Positions 33,195-38,256 of a DNA stretch of 38,256 nt are shown one piece after another. The DNA is from an uncultured Halobacteriales archaeon (GTDB taxonomy: Archaea > Halobacteriota > Halobacteria > Halobacteriales > Hikarchaeaceae). Location: NCBI GenBank assembly GCA_964404815.1, contig CAYOLR010000003.1, positions 1-38,256 of the forward strand, given 5' to 3'. Positions within the stretch are counted from its first letter, which is position 1; the number at the start of each line of letters is the position of its first letter. The notes beneath the pieces were generated by a model. That model was not told the DNA's origin. It saw nothing but the letters and a program-made list of their open reading frames with translations, and searched no databases. Position numbers and translations under genes: made by a program.

Positions 33195-34307
33195 ATGGTC
33201 TCGAAAGGCGACCTCGGCGTGGGATACCTAGCCGGGATCGGGCTGGGCTTCATCGCCCTGCTTGTCTGGCGGTTTACGACATCCGTCGAACCGGCGTTTA
33301 TGTCATTGATCGGCACCACAACCGGGGTCATGTTGGCCGGCGCAATGGCCTATTTGGCCTACTGGCTCACCCAGTGCGACCTCCAAGCTGAGCACATTTG
33401 GACTGTGTCGAAATGGGGAGCGATCGGCCTGACACTTCCTATGGCGGCGACGTTCATCGTGGCGGCCGTTCAGTCGGGATCAATCGCCACCCTCGAGCCC
33501 AGCGTATTGATCAACAACGCCGCCGCGGGCGCCGTCATCGGATCGCTCTTCGGTGCGATCACCGAACTCGAAACCGAACATGGCCGTGCAGCCGAGCTCA
33601 ACCGGCGAAACATCGTCCTGAATCGAGTGCTTCGCCACGATATTCGAAACGACGTGAGTGTCCTCCTGGCCTATGCAGAACGGTATCGGGATGACCTCTC
33701 GACGGCTGGACAGGAGTTCGTCGAAACAGTGGAGGGCAAGGTCGACGAAATTCTGGCGCTCACCGAAGCGGCCGGGTGGGTCGACGATCTGGAGGATAGC
33801 TCAATGGAGGAGTCTGTGGATGTGGTCTTACTAATCGAGGAAAGCTGTCGGTCATTCGGGCGGACCCATCCAGATGTAAACTTCGAAATCGACATGCCGA
33901 GCGAGGCGTGTGTGCGGGCCGATCAAATGCTCCGAACGGTGGTTGATAACCTAATCGAGAACGCCATCGAACATCATGATGCCGATCCACATGTCACGAT
34001 CACGGTTCGAACCGTCACTGGGGAGGGCGTCGTCGAAATCACGATCGAGGACGATGGGCCAGGAATCCCCGACCAATATCGGCGTCAACTCGAAGACTGG
34101 TCGACATTTAACGTCGAACACGGCCCGCCGGGCCAGGGTCTCGGACTTTGGTTAGTCCGGTGGTTCGTCGACTCGTACGACGGTTCCATCCACGTCGAAG
34201 ACCGGAGGCCAAAAGGGACAGCGATTACTTTACGGCTACCGGCCGTTGACACAATGGACGCTGTGCAACGGCCGGTGGTTGCGGACGGTGGTCTTTCCCC
34301 GCGATAA
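33195..34307 (+). CDS. Membrane-bound sensor histidine kinase (third paralog)
   Basis: 4 TM, RVLRHDIRND, NLIENAIEH, DDGPGI, GLGLWLV. Confidence 0.93.
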   Translation: MVSKGDLGVGYLAGIGLGFIALLVWRFTTSVEPAFMSLIGTTTGVMLAGAMAYLAYWLTQCDLQAEHIWTVSKWGAIGLTLPMAATFIVAAVQSGSIATLEPSVLINNAAAGAVIGSLFGAITELETEHGRAAELNRRNIVLNRVLRHDIRNDVSVLLAYAERYRDDLSTAGQEFVETVEGKVDEILALTEAAGWVDDLEDSSMEESVDVVLLIEESCRSFGRTHPDVNFEIDMPSEACVRADQMLRTVVDNLIENAIEHHDADPHVTITVRTVTGEGVVEITIEDDGPGIPDQYRRQLEDWSTFNVEHGPPGQGLGLWLVRWFVDSYDGSIHVEDRRPKGTAITLRLPAVDTMDAVQRPVVADGGLSPR

Positions 34308-34699
34308 TCGGTCCCGCGAGCGCGTCTAGTTCGAGGAGGTGGCCGTTATGCGACTCTTTGAATCCTCTGCCAACGGTCAGGGATTGGGGGGTATCCAATG
34401 GTAGACCGACGGTGATCGTGGTGCGATAAGGGCCGTCGGTGATCCCCCCAGGTTATCGAAGCGAGCCAACGTAAATAATCCCCAGCAGGGATTTCTGGCT
34501 CTGAGAAAAGTTCCGGATCGGTTACCACAGCCGCGGTGGCTCGGGAGGCGTCGCCAATGTGAAAAAACAGTGGGTTGTGTGGGGCCGGACGAGTATATGT
34601 CAATTGGGGATTAATTCTAACGACCGCTTAAGCGACCGGATAGCCCAAAATCGAGTAACACGACGCAAGGACGGTGGCGGTGTGCCGTCAGCGTTTAAG

Positions 34700-34792
34700 C
34701 ATCGATTAACATTAATATATTAAATTACGGATAATTTGTTCGTTAGACCATTTATTTACATATTAGATATATTAGAAAAATTTTATATAAAT
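34700..34792 (+). promoter_or_regulatory. Very AT-rich upstream region with BRE/TATA for the peptide gene
   Basis: AGAAAAA-TTTTATATAA at 34774-34790, about 27 nt before ATG 34817; palindromes TTAATATATTAA (34712-34723) and AAATTA-CGGA-TAATTT (34722-34737). Confidence 0.7.
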
Positions 34793-34816
34793 GCCGGCGA
34801 TGGGAACACCCGGACC

Positions 34817-34954
34817 ATGTCCACTGAACACACGGTACCGAACTACCTGGCGGAGCACCCACGAATGACCGGCGTCCTCTTCATGTTGTTCCTACTGCTC
34901 ACACAGGCGGGACAGGTGGCTGGAGCGGGTGGGTCTGTGACGATTGGCCCGTAA
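34817..34954 (+). CDS. 45-aa signal-peptide-like precursor (DUF7503-like, ends ...TIGP)
   Basis: MSTEHTVPNYLAEHPRMTGVLFMLFLLLTQAGQVAGAGGSVTIGP: basic residue, hydrophobic core, small-residue cleavage region, short tail; strong leaderless promoter. Confidence 0.85.
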   Translation: MSTEHTVPNYLAEHPRMTGVLFMLFLLLTQAGQVAGAGGSVTIGP

Positions 34955-37063
34955 TTACTGATCGATTAGCTCGTAGCTCCAACACAAATCTCCATCGGAA
35001 CGCACCGGAACGTTCTCAAGAGAAAAGAATTCCGATAGTTCGGCCTGGGATGGGGCCGATGCACTAACGCGATTTGAGACCAGGCTGTGAAGGTCGTTCT
35101 CCCCAAGATGGGGGAGGAACATACTGCCCAGATCGATCCGCGAAGTGGGGTACGTGATGTATTCGAACCTTCGAGATGGCTCGTTCGCCGTCATTTCGCA
35201 TAAATACGGCACGGATTTCGGTTGCGTTAAGGCCATTCGGCCATCGCCTACGACGATATACCGACCCCCCATTAGACTCTCCCGTTCGGCGATTCCGAGG
35301 GCCGCGTACAATGGGAAACCACTGTTGAGGAGTTGGGCCAGTGTCCGACCGATTTTGATGGCGGATTCGTTGATTACATCGCTCAAGGTTACAATACCGC
35401 CGATGCTACCGGCCTCAATGAGATGTCGGCCCTGAGCGTACGATTCGCAAGCGTTGAGCAAGAACGAATCGACCGCCGCATCGTCCATCGTTGCCGCGTC
35501 CAACTTGCCATCGGCACATTCGAACCCCTCACCATCGATATGTCCAATGTAATGAACGAAATCGGTTTGGGTGTGGAGTACCTCCCGAAGCGAGGCCCGC
35601 GTGAGGTCCCGATGGAATGAAAGATCGAACGCCAGATCCTCCCGCGAGCCATAAATCTCCTCGATCAAGCCCTCCTCCGTATTCATCCGCCGATCGTTAC
35701 AGATCACTGTAATGTCGATATCGCCCCTCGTAGGTGATCGGTCGAGCCGGTTTTCATAGGCTGCCTTGACTGCCTTGCTCGCACCGATCGGGGTCCCATC
35801 GCCCAGCCAGACTTGTTCGGCCGCGTCGATGTTAGGGGGTCGAACAAACCGCGGCGATTGTGAAACGGTCACACCATCGCTCGACCGGGTAAAGGCCTCG
35901 GGTTTCGGGGGGTGATTCGGTTTCGACGACGCGGACCCCGCCGAGCGCTCCAGGGCGGCCTCCTGGTGAACCTGTACAAGAGCGAGGTCATCGACGAGGT
36001 AGGGGAGTAATTCGATAGCCGAAGGGTCGGGCCGCATGTGGGCGGCGAGTCCCCAGCGTGGCACGAGATCGGCAACCGTCGAATACGGAAGTTGTAGGTA
36101 CGACTCGAGGCGCTGCCCGATCGGTTGATCGTAGAGGGCCTGAAAGTCCAATGAAACGCGCGATTCGAGCCGACGGCGTTCATCGAGCGCGACGGGATAC
36201 AGCCCCTCCGTTCTCGTGACACAGTCGAGGAGGAAGACCTGTTTGAGGACCCGTTCCATTTCCTGTCCGATCCCATCGGTCGCTTCGAGATTGTGGACGT
36301 AGCCGTCGTCGGTGACGATACGGGGAGTTGGCCCCCGAACGACCGTCGCCCCGAGGTAAAAGGCGACCGACCCGGCCTGAAAGATCTCGGCTAGATTCGG
36401 ACGGAGTTCGATGGTGATTCCAGTCTCTGGTGCCGCCAGCTCACGGGGGATTTCAAGGGAATCTCCCATCTCCACGGTGGGCGGATGGCCCCGAAGCGTC
36501 GGGAACGAACGCTCGGGACTGGTGGATTTCAAGGCCGAGCCAAAGGTGGAAACGGCCGCCATGAGGTCTTCCGGGGCGGCGGTGGTCGTAACGGTCCCAG
36601 CGGGTCGTTCGTGCGTGGAGCGTGCGCCAATGGCCACATCGACCACCGAGCCGAAGTTCAGATTCATGGTATCGAGGTCAGAAGTAATTTCAATCGCCGA
36701 TTCGACCTCGAGGTAGAGTTTGATTGGCGCGTTGATCTCAACAACGTAATTCCCGGGCGGTACAGTTACGTCGGCGAACTGTTCGGCCTCCGCTGCCAAC
36801 CGACCGTCCCCGTCACGGACGTATAGCGCGACGACCGACGGTAATTCTAAGTGATCGGTTGCAACCTCGATTGCGGTTTCGACCGGAAACTGGAATACCG
36901 AAGGATCGATATCGACCGGGTCGATGGCGTGTTGCGTCGATAGGGTGTACCGATGGCGTTCGATGGGGTCGTAGACTTCGATCGACTCCATCCCCGAAAA
37001 CGTAACGAACGTCACGTCGTACTCCGTATTGATTGCCGTGTCCGGGTGACGTTTGAGGGCCAT
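34955..37063 (-). CDS. 702-aa protein with C-terminal caspase-like (CHAT / clan CD) peptidase domain
   Basis: DFVHYIGH.DGEG and FLLNACES (His/Cys dyad), GGIVTLSDV, YIVVGDG; N-terminal region with PERSFPTLRGHPP; SD GGAGGT upstream. Confidence 0.8.
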   Translation of the reverse strand: MALKRHPDTAINTEYDVTFVTFSGMESIEVYDPIERHRYTLSTQHAIDPVDIDPSVFQFPVETAIEVATDHLELPSVVALYVRDGDGRLAAEAEQFADVTVPPGNYVVEINAPIKLYLEVESAIEITSDLDTMNLNFGSVVDVAIGARSTHERPAGTVTTTAAPEDLMAAVSTFGSALKSTSPERSFPTLRGHPPTVEMGDSLEIPRELAAPETGITIELRPNLAEIFQAGSVAFYLGATVVRGPTPRIVTDDGYVHNLEATDGIGQEMERVLKQVFLLDCVTRTEGLYPVALDERRRLESRVSLDFQALYDQPIGQRLESYLQLPYSTVADLVPRWGLAAHMRPDPSAIELLPYLVDDLALVQVHQEAALERSAGSASSKPNHPPKPEAFTRSSDGVTVSQSPRFVRPPNIDAAEQVWLGDGTPIGASKAVKAAYENRLDRSPTRGDIDITVICNDRRMNTEEGLIEEIYGSREDLAFDLSFHRDLTRASLREVLHTQTDFVHYIGHIDGEGFECADGKLDAATMDDAAVDSFLLNACESYAQGRHLIEAGSIGGIVTLSDVINESAIKIGRTLAQLLNSGFPLYAALGIAERESLMGGRYIVVGDGRMALTQPKSVPYLCEMTANEPSRRFEYITYPTSRIDLGSMFLPHLGENDLHSLVSNRVSASAPSQAELSEFFSLENVPVRSDGDLCWSYELIDQ

Positions 37064-37979
37064 CAGTGCCTGAGACCTCCTTCGATACTCCCACCGGTGG
37101 GAGCGCTTTGGGGCACTGGGAGGTGAGGTGGGCCATTTCGGGAGGGATGCCAGCGGAGTAACGCCACGGTTATAGCCTGGTGAAATCCTGTAAAAAATGT
37201 CATGCGGATAGTGAATATTACGGCGTGGTATCCGTCGATGTTCAGGAAATTATCAGTGGGCCGTCCGACACTTCTCTTTCGTACCTAACCATTGATGGCC
37301 GTTATAAAAATGTATTGGCGAAAGGTTTTATTCGTGATACTCACTCCGCCGGGGGGCTGGATGGCTCGCATGGCGAACATCTTAAACCGGACCCCAGCTG
37401 AGACCCTCGTGGTATATCACGACCCGGTTCACCGTCCGTAATCGGTCATTAACAGCTATCCAATGGGTCAGCCGGGGGCCAGGAATCCAACGACGGGCCG
37501 GCATAACCCAACTCTGGACCGACGCTGATCGGTGGGGACGAATGGATGTCACCAACGGGGCCTACTCCATCGGGCCGCTTTCCGGTAACAGGGCCGGACG
37601 CGCTGAGCCGGTCGGCTTCGCCCGGTCCGGAGGCGACTTCGATGATGGCGAATTTCGTGACGGACTGACAGCGAACCCTTCGGAACTGAATATTATCGAT
37701 AGCGGCTTGCCGGACCCGATAGGCTCGGCCCCCGTGCCTGGCCGCTCGTTCACATGTATAGAACTCCCAAGCGTCGAGGAAGGAGGGCGCTTCACACGGT
37801 CTGATTGGCTGTCCGGTTGGTGCGGTGTACGGGCCTGGAATGAAATCGGACGTCCCGCTCTCTCGACGTGATTCAGAATGACAGTCCGGTCGAACAATCC
37901 GAGTCTTTGGGTTTGGACCGTTCGGCCGTGGGCAGCCGTCGTCCCCGGGTCGTCCCCCCACACCCGAGCAGGCAATGCC

Positions 37980-38192
37980 TCATTCGACGTACCCGAGGTC
38001 ACGGAGTCGGTCACGAAGCTCCGCGTCAAGGTCGGCTTCTTCGAGCGTCTCCATGGCATCGGCATGCCGGGTACGGAGGACGACGAGAAGTTGAAGGGCG
38101 GTGCGGAGCTTGAAGTGGACCTCGGTATCGTCCGTCTCGTCGATAACGGATTCGAGGAGGCTTGTGACGGTATCGAATAGGGAATCGTCCAT
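37980..38192 (-). CDS. Small acidic helical hypothetical protein (70 aa)
   Basis: TDDTEVHFKLRTALQLL...LRDRLRDLGY; TATA CTTTAAA about 21-27 nt upstream. Confidence 0.82.
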   Translation of the reverse strand: MDDSLFDTVTSLLESVIDETDDTEVHFKLRTALQLLVVLRTRHADAMETLEEADLDAELRDRLRDLGYVE

Positions 38193-38256
38193 ACCCTAAG
38201 CTCGATTGGAGGTTTAAAGGGGGTTTCGAACCTCTCGGGTCACCTTCCCCCCTAAA

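Noticed and set aside
34755-34770. TTTAC-ATATTA-GATAT as a regulon site for the peptide gene
   Set aside because: Too many mismatches within a very AT-rich tract to distinguish from chance.
37180-37960. Several 70-170 aa ORFs upstream of the caspase-like gene
   Set aside because: Mutually overlapping, no recognisable domain; 37542..37871 is possible but unsupported.
4900-38256. Whole region as a provirus or integrative element
   Set aside because: No integrase, capsid, replication or conjugation genes, no tRNA or att repeat seen; gene content is typical haloarchaeal signalling.

Overview
High-GC haloarchaeal (Halobacteria-like) chromosome segment, judged by acidic proteins, leaderless TATA-box promoters and archaeal GltX, TmcA and FtsZ. 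It opens with core genes (3' part of gltX, tmcA, an NADP-dependent oxidoreductase) and from about 4.9 kb becomes a signalling and cell-shape rich accessory region. That region holds two MinD/ParA ATPases, an FtsZ1-like gene outside the usual ftsZ1-secE-spt5 context, a CdpB-like PRC-barrel protein, an acidic coiled-coil protein, a membrane protein with 13 YegP/DUF1508 repeats, four histidine kinases, one HalX response regulator, a PAS plus DHH phosphoesterase pair, a GT2/GT-C fusion glycosyltransferase, a TraB-like protein and five small zinc-finger proteins (two missed by the ORF track). Most notable: (1) a palindrome TTATC-N6-GATAA sits about 13 bp upstream of the TATA box of roughly 12 of these genes, suggesting one regulon; (2) a 45-aa signal-peptide-like precursor converges on a 702-aa caspase-like (CHAT) protein, a candidate archaeal peptide signalling module; (3) four IS200/IS605-derived TnpB omega-RNA elements lack an intact TnpB, and one replaced the stop codon of the PRC-barrel gene without changing the protein. 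All family calls come from reading motifs by eye; no searches were run.
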